A stretch of DNA of 38,480 bases from positions 1 to 38,480 of the IMG/VR virus record IMGVR_UViG_3300032216_000506; one strand, written 5' to 3'. Below are positions 24,676 to 35,645 of the stretch, piece by piece; positions within the stretch are counted from its first letter, which is position 1, and each line of letters begins with the position of its first letter. Origin of the DNA: a virus. Lineage: Duplodnaviria; Caudoviricetes. A program made the translations under genes and the position numbers. The notes under the pieces were generated by a model that saw only the letters and a list, made by a program, of their open reading frames with translations, was not told the origin of the DNA and ran no database searches.

Positions 24676-26535
24676 GTGGCAGAGAACTCAGCAGATATAG
24701 CTAAGAGGATTATCCTCGGCTGTGTGGCAGAAGGTATGACCATTGACGCCGCGTGCGGTTCAGCCGGTAAGTCAATGAAGACGTATGAGTACTACCGTCG
24801 CACCGATAAGGTATTTGCAGATAAGGTAGATCGTACAAGGCTCGGACTTAAAGACAAAGCCTTTGCCTCCGGTGATGTTCACGATATTGACTTCGTGACA
24901 TTCCGTGAAAAGTTTCTCCACTCTAAGACTTTCCCACATCAGATAAATCTGATTGATGTGATTGAAGGACGTGAGCCTAGCTGGCTACATCCCAGTATGA
25001 AGTTTGAACCAGGGCTGGCATCTAACCGAGTCCTGATTAACATACCGCCCAACCACGCTAAGTCCATTACGGTCACCGTAGACTACGTAACGTGGAAGGT
25101 AGCCCAGAACCCAAACTTCAGAGTTCTAATTGTATCCCAGACGCAGCAACTAGCCGCCGACTTTCTCTACGCCATCAAGCAAAGACTAACGCATCCTATG
25201 TATGCAGACTTGCAAAGCGCTTATGCTGCTGGTGTAGGGTTTAACTCTAAGACCGCTTCGTGGCAGGCAACCCGTGTCACCTTTGGTGATGAGCTTCGTG
25301 AATCTTCTGAAAAAGATCCAAACATCGAAGCCGTCGGTATTGGCGGTCAGATTTACGGCAAGCGCGCCGATATGATTATCGTTGATGACGCGGTCACACT
25401 TAAGAACGCTAACGAGTTTGAGAAGCAGATACGCTGGCTAACGCAAGACGTACGAAGCCGTCTTAACCCAACCGGTAAGCTGGTAGTCATCGGTACCCGT
25501 GTAGCCTCAGTAGATTTATATAAAGAGCTACGTAACGAAGACCGCTACCCAGGTGGGCAGGTTCCTTGGAAGTATCTGGCGATGCCAGCCCTTCTTGAGA
25601 TAGATGAGAACCCCGACAAGTGGGTTACCTTATGGCCAGCATCCGATGCCCCATTTGATGGGCAAGAAGAAGCCGATAAGAACGAAGACGGTCTATATCC
25701 TAGATGGTCTGGTCGTAACCTATATAACGAGCGCCAAGCGATGGATGCCAGTACGTGGGCGCTAGTTTACCAGCAGCAGGACGTATCTGAGAACGCTGCC
25801 TTTGACCCAGTATGTGTTCGTGGCTCTATTGACGGTATGCGCAAAGCAGGTCGTCTTGAGATGGGCCACCCAGGGCATCCAAAAGATTTAACAGGCTTTA
25901 GCTTTATCTGCGGTATGGACCCAGCGATTGTCGGCGATACTGCCGCAGTCTGCTACGCCATTGATCGTAATACTAGTAAGCGATACATCGCAGATGTTAT
26001 CAAGATTACTAAACCTAGCCCACAGCAAATCCGCGACATCATTATCAACTGGACACAGCTCTACAGTCCGTCCGAGTGGATTATTGAGAAGAACGCATTC
26101 CAGGCATTCTTAACGCAGGATGAAGGCATTCGCCAGTTCCTTGCAGGACGCGGCGTTGTACTGCGTGAGCACCATACTGGTTCTAATAAGTGGGACTCAG
26201 GCTTCGGTGTTGCCTCTATGGCAACGCTCTTTGGTACTAAGCAGGCCGACGGCAAGCACCACCGCGATAATCTGATTCATCTACCTAGTGATCAGACAGA
26301 AAATATCAAGGCTCTAATCGAGCAGTTGATTACGTGGACGCCTACGACTAAAGGCAAGACCGATATCGTGATGGCTCTTTGGTTCTGTGAGATTCGAGCA
26401 CGTGAGATGCTCAACTACGGCCAGTACGCCACGCACCATCTAAAGAATCCTTTCCTATCTCGCGCTGAGCTAGGAAGACGCGTCGTCATCAACATTGATG
26501 AGGCGCTAGCACAGCAGAAAACAACATTCGTTTAG
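24676..26535 (+). CDS. terL: Terminase large subunit with N-terminal HTH extension
   Basis: PPNHAKS Walker A, IIVDD Walker B, IGTR, GMDPA and IEKNAFQ nuclease motifs. Confidence 0.92.
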   Translation: MAENSADIAKRIILGCVAEGMTIDAACGSAGKSMKTYEYYRRTDKVFADKVDRTRLGLKDKAFASGDVHDIDFVTFREKFLHSKTFPHQINLIDVIEGREPSWLHPSMKFEPGLASNRVLINIPPNHAKSITVTVDYVTWKVAQNPNFRVLIVSQTQQLAADFLYAIKQRLTHPMYADLQSAYAAGVGFNSKTASWQATRVTFGDELRESSEKDPNIEAVGIGGQIYGKRADMIIVDDAVTLKNANEFEKQIRWLTQDVRSRLNPTGKLVVIGTRVASVDLYKELRNEDRYPGGQVPWKYLAMPALLEIDENPDKWVTLWPASDAPFDGQEEADKNEDGLYPRWSGRNLYNERQAMDASTWALVYQQQDVSENAAFDPVCVRGSIDGMRKAGRLEMGHPGHPKDLTGFSFICGMDPAIVGDTAAVCYAIDRNTSKRYIADVIKITKPSPQQIRDIIINWTQLYSPSEWIIEKNAFQAFLTQDEGIRQFLAGRGVVLREHHTGSNKWDSGFGVASMATLFGTKQADGKHHRDNLIHLPSDQTENIKALIEQLITWTPTTKGKTDIVMALWFCEIRAREMLNYGQYATHHLKNPFLSRAELGRRVVINIDEALAQQKTTFV

Positions 26536-26543
26536 GAGATAAA

Positions 26544-26720
26544 ATGATTACACCAAGTTGGAAACCAGAACTTGTTGAAGAAGAATACATTGATAAGGGT
26601 GCAGTAACTATGCCCCAGATGAACCCAGAAGTAGACCGCAAGTATTCAGAAGGCAAGGCAGAAGCGCTAGCAAAAGACTACGTTGAATGGCCAACACAAG
26701 TACACGGCTTGGAGTACTAG
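26544..26720 (+). CDS. Small hypothetical protein (58 aa)
   Basis: AGGAG RBS; MITPSWKPELVEEEY... Confidence 0.7.
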   Translation: MITPSWKPELVEEEYIDKGAVTMPQMNPEVDRKYSEGKAEALAKDYVEWPTQVHGLEY

Positions 26721-26721
26721 T

Positions 26722-27189
26722 ATGCCAAAGCAAAACCCAAGTGCAGGTAATGGTGGCGGCGCACCAATTTCTGGTGGACGCGCTCAAGTAGAATCTTTTT
26801 CATATCGTGGTTCTGAAATGCGTCCAGCAGAACGTCGTGCAGTTTCTGCACAAAATATGGCAGCTAAATCTGGTATGAGCAAGAATCTTGATAGAGTAGA
26901 TAGTGGCGCTAAAGCAGCTGAAACACGTATGAATAATCAACTTGCTAAAGAAGATTATGCCCATAGTGTAGGAATGGCAAAAGGCAAAATTATTGGTGGA
27001 GCAGCAGGAATTGCTGCAGGAGTTGCAGCTGATGAACTAGCACGTGCGGCAGCATCAAAGCCTAAAGGTACACAGGCAGATCACCACGTAACTGATTCAG
27101 ATAATCATACTCGTCCACTTCCAAAGGACCAGCAAGCGATAGTAGATGTTGCACAACGTCTTGGTAGCGCTGATAAAAAATCTAAGTAA
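26722..27189 (+). CDS. Ala/Gly-rich hypothetical protein
   Basis: GGAG before ATG 26722; GKIIGGAAGIAAGVAA glycine-zipper-like segment. Confidence 0.7.
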   Translation: MPKQNPSAGNGGGAPISGGRAQVESFSYRGSEMRPAERRAVSAQNMAAKSGMSKNLDRVDSGAKAAETRMNNQLAKEDYAHSVGMAKGKIIGGAAGIAAGVAADELARAAASKPKGTQADHHVTDSDNHTRPLPKDQQAIVDVAQRLGSADKKSK

Positions 27190-27197
27190 GGAATTCA

Positions 27198-28955
27198 ATG
27201 CTAACAATTAAAGAGGTTACCGCTAAGGTATCTCGCTTACAGACCAAGTACGCAGCGCGTGACGGTCGTATGCGTGACGTCCTTGCTGTGCGTCAGGGTG
27301 ATATCTCTAAGGTATACCCATCTATGTTTTCTGATGAGTACCCAAAGCCACTCGTCGCTAACATCATTGACGTCGCAGCACGTGACCTTGCAGAATCTAT
27401 GGCACCACTGCCATCATTTAACTGTTCAGCATCTAATACTGTTTCCGATACAGCCCGTCGTGCTGCAGACCTTCGTGGTCGTATTGCAAACTTCTATGTA
27501 GACCGTTCAGAACTAGGCGTACAGATGTATACCGGTGCTGACTGGTATAACACTTATGGAATGTTGATTGGTCGCGTTGAACTCGATTACGAGAACGACA
27601 ACCCAATCATTAAGATGATTAACCCTTTCGGTTCTTATCCAGAGATTGACCGTTTTGGGCGTTGTTTATCTCTTACACAGATCGTAGGTATGGATGCACA
27701 GACTTTGGCTTCTATGTACCCTGAGTTCTACAACGAAATCGTTGGACGAAACCAGTACACGCCAGGTTCTCCTTATCTATCTCTGGTCAGATACCACGAC
27801 AAAGACCAAGATCTTATTTACCTACCTGAGCGCAAAGACTTAGTTCTATCCAATACGCCCAACCCAGTTGGTGAATGTATGGTCCGTGTGGCAATGCGCC
27901 CATCTATTGATGGTGAAGCGCGTGGCCAATACGATGATGTACTAGGAGTTCAGCTTGCTCGTGCTCGTATGGCAGTACTACAGATTCAAGCAGCTGAGAA
28001 ATCTATTATGGCACCTATTGCTATCCCACAGGATGTGCAAGAACTTGCTCTCGGTCCAGATTCAATTATGCGTTCTGCTAACCCACAAGGTATTCGTCGC
28101 GTTCCGCTTGAACTTCCAGCCGGTGTATTTGGTGAAGCAAGCGTACTAGAGCGTGAACTACGTACAGGTGCTCGCTATCCAGAGACACGTGGCGGTAACT
28201 CAGATGCTTCTATCGTTACAGGTCGTGGCGTTCAAGCACTACAGGCTGGCTTTGATACACAGATTAAAGCAGCGCAGTCACACTTTGCTCGTATGTTTGT
28301 TGAGCTTATTGGTCTTTGCTTTAAGACTGATGAAAAGATATTTGACCACAAGGTTAAAGAAATTCGTGGCGTCGATGACGGCACACCATATGTTCTTAAG
28401 TACAGCCCTGCTAAAGCAATCAACGGTGACTACACTGTAGATGTTCGCTACGGCATTATGTCTGGTATGAACCCAAACAATGCAACTGTGGCTTTGCTAC
28501 AGATGCGTAGCGATAAACTTGTTTCACGCGACTACGTACGCCGTGAACTTCCTATTGAAATCAATGTTGGCCAAGAAGAACAAAAGGTTGACATTGAAGA
28601 AATGCGCGACGCTCTACGTGCTGCGATTGGACAAACCGCTCTTGCAATTCCACAGATGGTTGCGCAAGGTCAAGACCCTTCAAAGATTCTAGGATCATTC
28701 GCAGATATGATTAAGAATCGTCAAAAGGGTATGAGTATTGAAAGTGTTGTGGAGAAGGCGTTTACGCCAGAAGCACAGCCTGAGACAGCAGCGATGCAGC
28801 CTCAGCCCCCAGTAGCAGGTATGGCTCCCGCCTCTGCCTCGCAGCCAAGTATGGTACAACCTGGCGGTGCAGCCCCTGCTGCTGGCGGTCCACAAGCCCC
28901 TCAAGGCAAACCAGATATCGCATCATTGCTCGCATCAATCGGCGGCGCGGCATAA
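27198..28955 (+). CDS. Portal protein
   Basis: 585 aa after the terminase; helical, with a Pro/Gln/Ala-rich tail. Confidence 0.85.
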   Translation: MLTIKEVTAKVSRLQTKYAARDGRMRDVLAVRQGDISKVYPSMFSDEYPKPLVANIIDVAARDLAESMAPLPSFNCSASNTVSDTARRAADLRGRIANFYVDRSELGVQMYTGADWYNTYGMLIGRVELDYENDNPIIKMINPFGSYPEIDRFGRCLSLTQIVGMDAQTLASMYPEFYNEIVGRNQYTPGSPYLSLVRYHDKDQDLIYLPERKDLVLSNTPNPVGECMVRVAMRPSIDGEARGQYDDVLGVQLARARMAVLQIQAAEKSIMAPIAIPQDVQELALGPDSIMRSANPQGIRRVPLELPAGVFGEASVLERELRTGARYPETRGGNSDASIVTGRGVQALQAGFDTQIKAAQSHFARMFVELIGLCFKTDEKIFDHKVKEIRGVDDGTPYVLKYSPAKAINGDYTVDVRYGIMSGMNPNNATVALLQMRSDKLVSRDYVRRELPIEINVGQEEQKVDIEEMRDALRAAIGQTALAIPQMVAQGQDPSKILGSFADMIKNRQKGMSIESVVEKAFTPEAQPETAAMQPQPPVAGMAPASASQPSMVQPGGAAPAAGGPQAPQGKPDIASLLASIGGAA

Positions 28956-28973
28956 CTTCTAAGGGGGTGAAAT

Positions 28974-29111
28974 ATGAAAAAAGGAACACAGGCACCAGCT
29001 TCTATGATTAAGCCAGTTGAAGGCAGCAAAGAAGGTTCTGTACAGCCAGCAGGCAAGAAGTTGCTTCCATTCGCTGGAGCACCAAAGCCAGGCAAGATGG
29101 TAAAGAAGTAA
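28974..29111 (+). CDS. Small basic protein (45 aa)
   Basis: AAGGGGGTGA RBS; MKKGTQAPASM... Confidence 0.7.
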   Translation: MKKGTQAPASMIKPVEGSKEGSVQPAGKKLLPFAGAPKPGKMVKK

Positions 29112-29130
29112 ATAACTTTGACAAAGCGGG

Positions 29131-29355
29131 GTGTACTGGATGGATCATAAAGTTCGCCGTCCAGTACGCTTTGCTGACTTCTTAGTAGTAGGCGCGGAAC
29201 TTGTATATAACATAATGCAAGTATTTACAGCAGCCACAGAAGATTTATTAGAGTTATCTATCTATAATGCTAACCGAGCAACAGAATTAAATAAAGTCTG
29301 GGAAGACTTTGCTACAGATTTAGAAACTATTCAGGAGGATACAGATGGCGCTTGA
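29131..29355 (+). CDS. Hypothetical protein
   Basis: 74-aa ORF filling the operon gap; start may be ATG 29140. Confidence 0.65.
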   Translation: MYWMDHKVRRPVRFADFLVVGAELVYNIMQVFTAATEDLLELSIYNANRATELNKVWEDFATDLETIQEDTDGA

Positions 29356-29782
29356 AGACGCTAAGAACCCTATGCAGGGTGTATCTGGTCCTGGACCATA
29401 CGCTAAGCGTACGGATTTGCAATACAAGCCAGATGCTTATGGCGAAGGTGTTGCATATGATGCAGCCAAGTCCGGCGCTCCGCTAGCAACAGCACCAAAA
29501 AATCCAATGCTTTCACAAGCCCCACAAGTTCCTGTATCGCAAGCTTCAACTACAGGATTGTATGAACCAACGCAACGTCCTAATGAGCCAGTAACACACG
29601 GTACTGCTATAGGACCAGGTGCGGGACCAGAGGTATTGATGATGAATCAATCACAAGATACTCCTGAAGATAAAACACGTTTACTTTCATACCTTCCAGC
29701 GCTTGAAGATGCAGCATCACAGCCAGATTCTTCTCAAGCATTTCGTAACTATGTGAGAGTGCTAAGGGCTAATCTTCTATGA
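29345..29782 (+). CDS. Pro-rich hypothetical virion protein
   Basis: AGGAGG RBS; GVSGPGPYAKRTD and PTQRPNEPVT motifs. Confidence 0.75.
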   Translation: MALEDAKNPMQGVSGPGPYAKRTDLQYKPDAYGEGVAYDAAKSGAPLATAPKNPMLSQAPQVPVSQASTTGLYEPTQRPNEPVTHGTAIGPGAGPEVLMMNQSQDTPEDKTRLLSYLPALEDAASQPDSSQAFRNYVRVLRANLL

Positions 29783-32700
29783 CAGAAAAGAACCCTTCGG
29801 CTTTTGACGTTATGGGTGCTTTTAATGACCATTACAATAATGGACCCGTACCTTCATCTCTTGCTGTAACTGCTGATTATGGAAAATCAGTTCCTGCCAG
29901 CGCTCATATAGATGCAATGCAGTATTTAATGCAACCAGTCCCTGCGCCAACTCCTGCCCTTAAGCCAATAACTTCAGCAACGGCAACCGCTTTAATGCCG
30001 ACCCCTACTGGGCCTCTTACTGTAGGTGGTGTTCAACCTAAACCACAAAGTTCTTTCTTTACCAAAGTACTTAATGGTATGGAAACAGCCTATAATTTTT
30101 CTGCACAAGCAGCATCATTTGCATTACTTCTTGACGATAAAAATAACCCATTACGTAAAGGTTTAACTCCAGAAAATCTTACAAAATCTTGGGATGCGGC
30201 ACGTCAAATTTCACCTGGTCGCGCTTTCATAGCAAAAGCAGTTGGCAATCCATTGCAGCAACTTGATACTGGTCTAAAGGATTTAACAGGTGGCAAAGTA
30301 GGTCTTCCTAAAGAAGGCCTTAAAGAGCACCTTGCATTTGCTGCGCCAGATTTTAATATCTATGATCCTGCTCAAGCAGATAAAGCATTTCGTCAACAGA
30401 ATGTAGGGCGCTTTACATCGTGGGGCGCAGACGTTGTTGCTCGATTTACTATTGACCCAACTATTCTTGCCGGTAAAGCAGTCAAAGCATATAAGGTTGC
30501 AGGCGTTGCAGTAAAGGGTATTACTGAACTTAAGTCAATTCTTGCTGGAGAAAAGACAGGTCTTACAGCAAATCGTGTTAAAGCGAATTTTAATCAATTT
30601 GTTACTAAGACTGACGGTATGGAAGCAGCGGATTTATTCCGCGTTAAGGCCATTCGTGAATCTTCTAACCCAGGTTCATTTGCTGAAGTACTAGCTGATG
30701 CTAATAAGATTGAAGATAAAACTCTTCGTCACCAGACTAAGTCAGATATTGTCCTATGGGCAATGGGCGACCCAGATGCAGCAGTTCGTTTAATGAACGA
30801 TAATAAGATGATTGCATCTAAGATTGGTAATCTTCAAGATGAAATTGCAGAAGCAAAGCATTTAGGTTCAGCAGTAGATAAAGCAACTGGTCAGTTGACT
30901 ATGGATCTTGTTAACTCTGGTGAAAACCTTCAAAAGAACCTAGACCTTGCAGCACAATATGAAAAAGAACTTGCAGATAACTACAAATCTTTAAGCGTTG
31001 AAGGCTCTCTTAGCCCTAAGCAAGTCCCTGCGTTAGATTTTCTTTCAAGTGTTCGCCGTGAAATTTCTAATAGTCAAGCATTTATTGACATTCGTGGCAA
31101 AGGTGGACTAGGTGCAGCTTATGCTGCATACCCAGTTCGCTTGCTTTCTGGTTTTGCCTATAAGCGCCCTAAAGGTTGGATTGATTTTACTGATAATCAG
31201 TCTGTTCAAACCCTTGATAATATGCTTAGCCGTGTTCGTGGTATCAATGATCAACGTATAGATTTCTATAATGGGAAAATTGAACAGATTGATAATCAAC
31301 TAAAGGCTGGCGTTAAGGATGAAGCCGAGCGTGAAGTCTTGGTTAACCAGCGCAACTCAATCAAAGAAGACCTTAAGACTGCCACCTTTACAGTTGATCG
31401 TAAAAATGAACTCTTTAATAAGTACATTTCAGCACTTGACCCAACACAACGCGCAAATGTGTATCAAGAAATTGAACAAGAACTATTTAATACAGTCGCT
31501 CGCCAGTTTGGTTACAATACCGATGAGGTTCGCAGCGCTTGGGCTATGTTTTCAGATGGTCGCGCTAAGGCACATAACCTTATTCGTGAACGCGCTTACA
31601 CGGCAGCTATTGACCCAGTAACCGGTGGCCCTGTTGGTGGAAAGATTACACCTATTATGGGCCTTGATGGCACATCACTCGTAGTTCCGCTACCTTTGAA
31701 TGAAACTCAATTAGTTAAACAACTTCCAACGCTTGATGTTGACTCTATGTATCGTGCTCTTAACAAGTACACACGCGCTCAGCGCTTTGAGAAGCAAGGT
31801 CCAGTACTACGTACTCTTGGTCGTGGTCGACTACAAGCCGGACAGATTACCAATGAACTTACAGATGGCCTGGATTCAATCATCAAGTTTGAAGTTCTTG
31901 CTCGTCTTGGTTACCCAGTGCGTAACGTAGGCGAAGGTATGCTTCGCATTATGCAGGTTGCAGGACCTATGGCAATTCTTGCTCGTGCTGGTACTGCTGT
32001 AAAAAATACTATTGGTACTCGCTTTAAGTCAGCAACTGCAAAAGATATGTTTGACTGGTCTAATAGAGTTAAGCTTGAAACATACAAGGCTCAACTTCAA
32101 GCAAGTCTAAATGTGGCAGATGATGCTTCAGCTGTTGAGCGTCAAATTGCAGAAATTGACGGTATGCTTGATGGAAGCCGCAAGATGGTTGATAAGTTTG
32201 GTGTAGGTCTAAATCAGATTCAAGTGGGTAATGAACTTATTACCTATGAAGATGCACTAGGTGCAACAGCTGAGAAGGCTCAATATATCCAAGATAAGTT
32301 TATTAACAATGCTGCTCAAATTGTTGATAGTCACTTTGGAGAAAGCAGCAAGCAACTTCGCAATGCTTTTGAAACCAATGGTGACTTTGTTATTGTCAAG
32401 GGTAATGATCCACAATGGGAAGATTCTTACCTGCGTGTAATTAACCGCCAAGTTCGTAACTCTAAGTTAACATCAATCCTATTACAGAATAAACCTCGTG
32501 AGCAGGTTGTTAAAGAAGCGCAAAATTTCCTTCTTAAGACAGATGATGGTCGCAAGATTCTTCAAAATTTAGCACTAGGCCGTGATGTAGAATCTATCGT
32601 TGAAGCAAATATGCAAAACGTAGAATCGCTTTTCCCTAATTGGATTAGTCCACAACTTAAGGCTATTGCCTCAAAGCGCAATCTTACATCTGAAGACCTT

Positions 32701-34494
32701 AAGAAGTATTTTGGTACAGCCGGTAATAATCGCCCAGATGTAAACGGCGCTCAAGTTGCTTTGGCTAATGGAACTTCAGCAGTTTCTCGTGGACTTTCTA
32801 ATTTCCTTAACCATTTCTATAACATAATGGGTGAAATTCCAGAAGCACAGTTAGTGCGTAACCCGTTATTCGTTGACTTATATCGCAAGCGTATGGTTGC
32901 ATCTGTTGAAAACGCTATTGCTACTTATCCAGGTAAAGATATTCCAGCAGAATATATTCGCAAGGTTGAGTACCAAGCCCGTCAATGGGCAAGAGCAGAG
33001 ATGCGCCGCACTCTTTACGATACATCAGAGCGTGTTGATGCAGCACATATGCTCAAGTATGTATTCCCATTCTTTGGAGCTTGGGCTGACGTTACTGAAA
33101 AGTGGGGTCGTATGATCCTAGATGACCCATCTGTTTTCCGTAAGCTGCAAACAACATATGCTTCTCCAGACCGTACAGGTATTACTGAAGAGCGTGACGG
33201 CATTAGTTACATCAATATCCCTGGCTCTTGGGGTAAGCGTCTTGGTCTAGGTGACCGACCACTTGCAATTCCAAAGCCATCACTTAACCTTATCTTCCAA
33301 GGTGGAGCGTGGTGGAACCCAGGCGCAGGTTGGTTCGTACAGTACCCAATGTCTAAACTTCTTAAGCGTGTTGATGGCTTAGAAAAGAATAGCTTAGTAA
33401 AGCAAATTCTTCCTTATGGAGCAGATGGAACTGGATGGCAAGATTTGCTTATTCAGTCTTCAGCAGCACGACGTGCTATGGCTTTATTTGATGAGAACAA
33501 CCCAGTGCGTAAAAGCGCAACAGTGCTTATTGCTATGGAAGAAAACCATAAGTATGATATGGGCGAGCGCGATACACCGCCAACTGCTAAAGAAATCAAT
33601 GACAAGGTAAAGAAGATTCTTGCCCTTGAAATTGCAACTCGATTGACACTTCCTTTTGCAACCAATACTCGTTCTCCGTATCAGTTCTATATTGATGAGT
33701 ACCACCGTATGCGTCAAGAAGATCCTGAGAATGCTGCTAAGAACTTCTATGATAAGTATGGAGATAAGTACTTTATCTTTACAACTAACCTTTCAAAGAA
33801 TAATACTGGTATTGCAGCAACAGTAGAGGCTAATAAGCGTACAAAACAATATTCAGATTTGATTGCCTCAAACCCTCAATATGGTTGGTTTGTTGTTGGT
33901 GATGCAAATGCTGGAGAATTTTCCCCTACTGTTTATCAAGTCCAACGCGAGACACCAGTAGCACCTGGCAGTCCTACTAAAATGCGTGAATCTCAAGACC
34001 CATTATCTGCTATTAAAGAAACCAATGCTAATAAAGGCTGGACTCTTTACAACAAGGGTATGGATTTGATTGAATCAATTCGCATCAAGCGTGGTCTTAC
34101 CAGCTTGCAGGCTAAAGGTGCTGAAGACCTTAAGGCAGCAAAAGATGCTTTTGTTACTAGCATAGAACAATCAAACCCAGACTGGGCTGAAGTTCGTGGC
34201 AAGATGGATACTGGCAAAGTAATGAACTTCCTAAAGTTTGCACAGAAGGCAACACAAGACCCACGCCTTGCTAATCGTCCAGATATACAAACTATGTCTG
34301 AGTATCTTAAAGGACGCCAAATGCTTGTTGATGTACTTGCTAAGCGTAAGTCTCATTCTTTGGACAACAAAGCAAATACAGATCTCAAAGAAGTTTGGGA
34401 TACATTTACTGGATTACTTATTGATAAAGATGTTACTTTCAATAGAGTGTATACACGCATTCTTGAAAAAGATGACCTTAGGAAAGGCTTGTAA
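29779..34494 (+). CDS. Large internal virion/ejection protein
   Basis: 1571 aa, mostly helical, no tape-measure periodicity seen; function inferred. Confidence 0.6.
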   Translation: MTEKNPSAFDVMGAFNDHYNNGPVPSSLAVTADYGKSVPASAHIDAMQYLMQPVPAPTPALKPITSATATALMPTPTGPLTVGGVQPKPQSSFFTKVLNGMETAYNFSAQAASFALLLDDKNNPLRKGLTPENLTKSWDAARQISPGRAFIAKAVGNPLQQLDTGLKDLTGGKVGLPKEGLKEHLAFAAPDFNIYDPAQADKAFRQQNVGRFTSWGADVVARFTIDPTILAGKAVKAYKVAGVAVKGITELKSILAGEKTGLTANRVKANFNQFVTKTDGMEAADLFRVKAIRESSNPGSFAEVLADANKIEDKTLRHQTKSDIVLWAMGDPDAAVRLMNDNKMIASKIGNLQDEIAEAKHLGSAVDKATGQLTMDLVNSGENLQKNLDLAAQYEKELADNYKSLSVEGSLSPKQVPALDFLSSVRREISNSQAFIDIRGKGGLGAAYAAYPVRLLSGFAYKRPKGWIDFTDNQSVQTLDNMLSRVRGINDQRIDFYNGKIEQIDNQLKAGVKDEAEREVLVNQRNSIKEDLKTATFTVDRKNELFNKYISALDPTQRANVYQEIEQELFNTVARQFGYNTDEVRSAWAMFSDGRAKAHNLIRERAYTAAIDPVTGGPVGGKITPIMGLDGTSLVVPLPLNETQLVKQLPTLDVDSMYRALNKYTRAQRFEKQGPVLRTLGRGRLQAGQITNELTDGLDSIIKFEVLARLGYPVRNVGEGMLRIMQVAGPMAILARAGTAVKNTIGTRFKSATAKDMFDWSNRVKLETYKAQLQASLNVADDASAVERQIAEIDGMLDGSRKMVDKFGVGLNQIQVGNELITYEDALGATAEKAQYIQDKFINNAAQIVDSHFGESSKQLRNAFETNGDFVIVKGNDPQWEDSYLRVINRQVRNSKLTSILLQNKPREQVVKEAQNFLLKTDDGRKILQNLALGRDVESIVEANMQNVESLFPNWISPQLKAIASKRNLTSEDLKKYFGTAGNNRPDVNGAQVALANGTSAVSRGLSNFLNHFYNIMGEIPEAQLVRNPLFVDLYRKRMVASVENAIATYPGKDIPAEYIRKVEYQARQWARAEMRRTLYDTSERVDAAHMLKYVFPFFGAWADVTEKWGRMILDDPSVFRKLQTTYASPDRTGITEERDGISYINIPGSWGKRLGLGDRPLAIPKPSLNLIFQGGAWWNPGAGWFVQYPMSKLLKRVDGLEKNSLVKQILPYGADGTGWQDLLIQSSAARRAMALFDENNPVRKSATVLIAMEENHKYDMGERDTPPTAKEINDKVKKILALEIATRLTLPFATNTRSPYQFYIDEYHRMRQEDPENAAKNFYDKYGDKYFIFTTNLSKNNTGIAATVEANKRTKQYSDLIASNPQYGWFVVGDANAGEFSPTVYQVQRETPVAPGSPTKMRESQDPLSAIKETNANKGWTLYNKGMDLIESIRIKRGLTSLQAKGAEDLKAAKDAFVTSIEQSNPDWAEVRGKMDTGKVMNFLKFAQKATQDPRLANRPDIQTMSEYLKGRQMLVDVLAKRKSHSLDNKANTDLKEVWDTFTGLLIDKDVTFNRVYTRILEKDDLRKGL

Positions 34495-35642
34495 TGACGT
34501 TACCTACTGTACCAACACCTAAACAGGTAACTGATCCTTTTGCAATTCTTGCAGATAAACTCAGCAAGATTTCTACAACACCAGTAACTACTGGAGCTAA
34601 ACTTCCTACTACTCTTTATCCTAGTGTATATGGTAATACTCAAGCAAAAGCAAAAATCAATGATGTCTTTCAAACATTACTTAAGCGCGATGCAACAAAT
34701 GCTGAACTTAAAATTTGGATTCCTAAACTTCAGGATGCACAAAGAGCTAACCCTGGTGAGCAAACAGTAAAAGTTGTTAATGGCAAGAATGTAGTCTCGT
34801 CTATCAGCGGTCTTGATGAGACACAGTGGCTTACAGATACTATCAATGCTGATAAAACTCTTCAAGCGGAAGCACAAAACATAGCGCTTACTGACCCAGT
34901 ATTAGTTAAGCGTAGTAGTGAAAAGAAAATTTATGATGCTGCTATTAGCGCAGCAGCTGGTGACCCAGAAAAAGTAGCCAAAGTTGAACAAGTTACAGCC
35001 TATGGTCAAAACCTTAAAGCAATTAAAGATGCTATTAAACAATCTGCTTTTGAAGCAGGAGCAACTATTGGCGATGATATTATTGCTACTGCTGCTCAAG
35101 AAGCATACGATAAAGGACTAGACCAGTCTAAAGATACATTTAATAATTTTGTTAAAAGCAAGTTTAAGTTTGGGGCTACAGGGCTTAAAGGAGCAGCAGG
35201 GGATACTCTTGCTACGCTCACAAAAACAGCCGCTGCAAATGGAATTGATTTGCAGAAAGCATTTGGTTCTCAAATTGGCGATTGGGTTTCATCTGTTAAT
35301 AAAGGTGAATCTATTGATACCTATAAGCGTTTGATTAGAGATACTGCCAAAATTGGTATGCCAGATAATGTTAAAAAACTTATTGATAATGGCGTAGACC
35401 TTGAGGCAATCTATACACCATATAAGAATCTTATGGCTAGTACACTAGAAATTAACCCAGAGACTATTACTCTTAATGATCCAACATTGCGTTCTGCAAT
35501 TACATCAGATAAAGAAATTCCTCTCTATGATTTTGAGCGCCAACTCCGTAAGGATAATCGCTGGCAGTACACAAACCAAGCTAAAAGTGAAGTCTCAAGT
35601 GCAGCACAACAGGTGCTCAAAGACTTCGGATTTATGGGGTAA
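34494..35642 (+). CDS. Putative internal virion/ejection protein
   Basis: 382 aa, helical, TAATG-coupled. Confidence 0.55.
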   Translation: MTLPTVPTPKQVTDPFAILADKLSKISTTPVTTGAKLPTTLYPSVYGNTQAKAKINDVFQTLLKRDATNAELKIWIPKLQDAQRANPGEQTVKVVNGKNVVSSISGLDETQWLTDTINADKTLQAEAQNIALTDPVLVKRSSEKKIYDAAISAAAGDPEKVAKVEQVTAYGQNLKAIKDAIKQSAFEAGATIGDDIIATAAQEAYDKGLDQSKDTFNNFVKSKFKFGATGLKGAAGDTLATLTKTAAANGIDLQKAFGSQIGDWVSSVNKGESIDTYKRLIRDTAKIGMPDNVKKLIDNGVDLEAIYTPYKNLMASTLEINPETITLNDPTLRSAITSDKEIPLYDFERQLRKDNRWQYTNQAKSEVSSAAQQVLKDFGFMG

Positions 35643-35645
35643 CTG

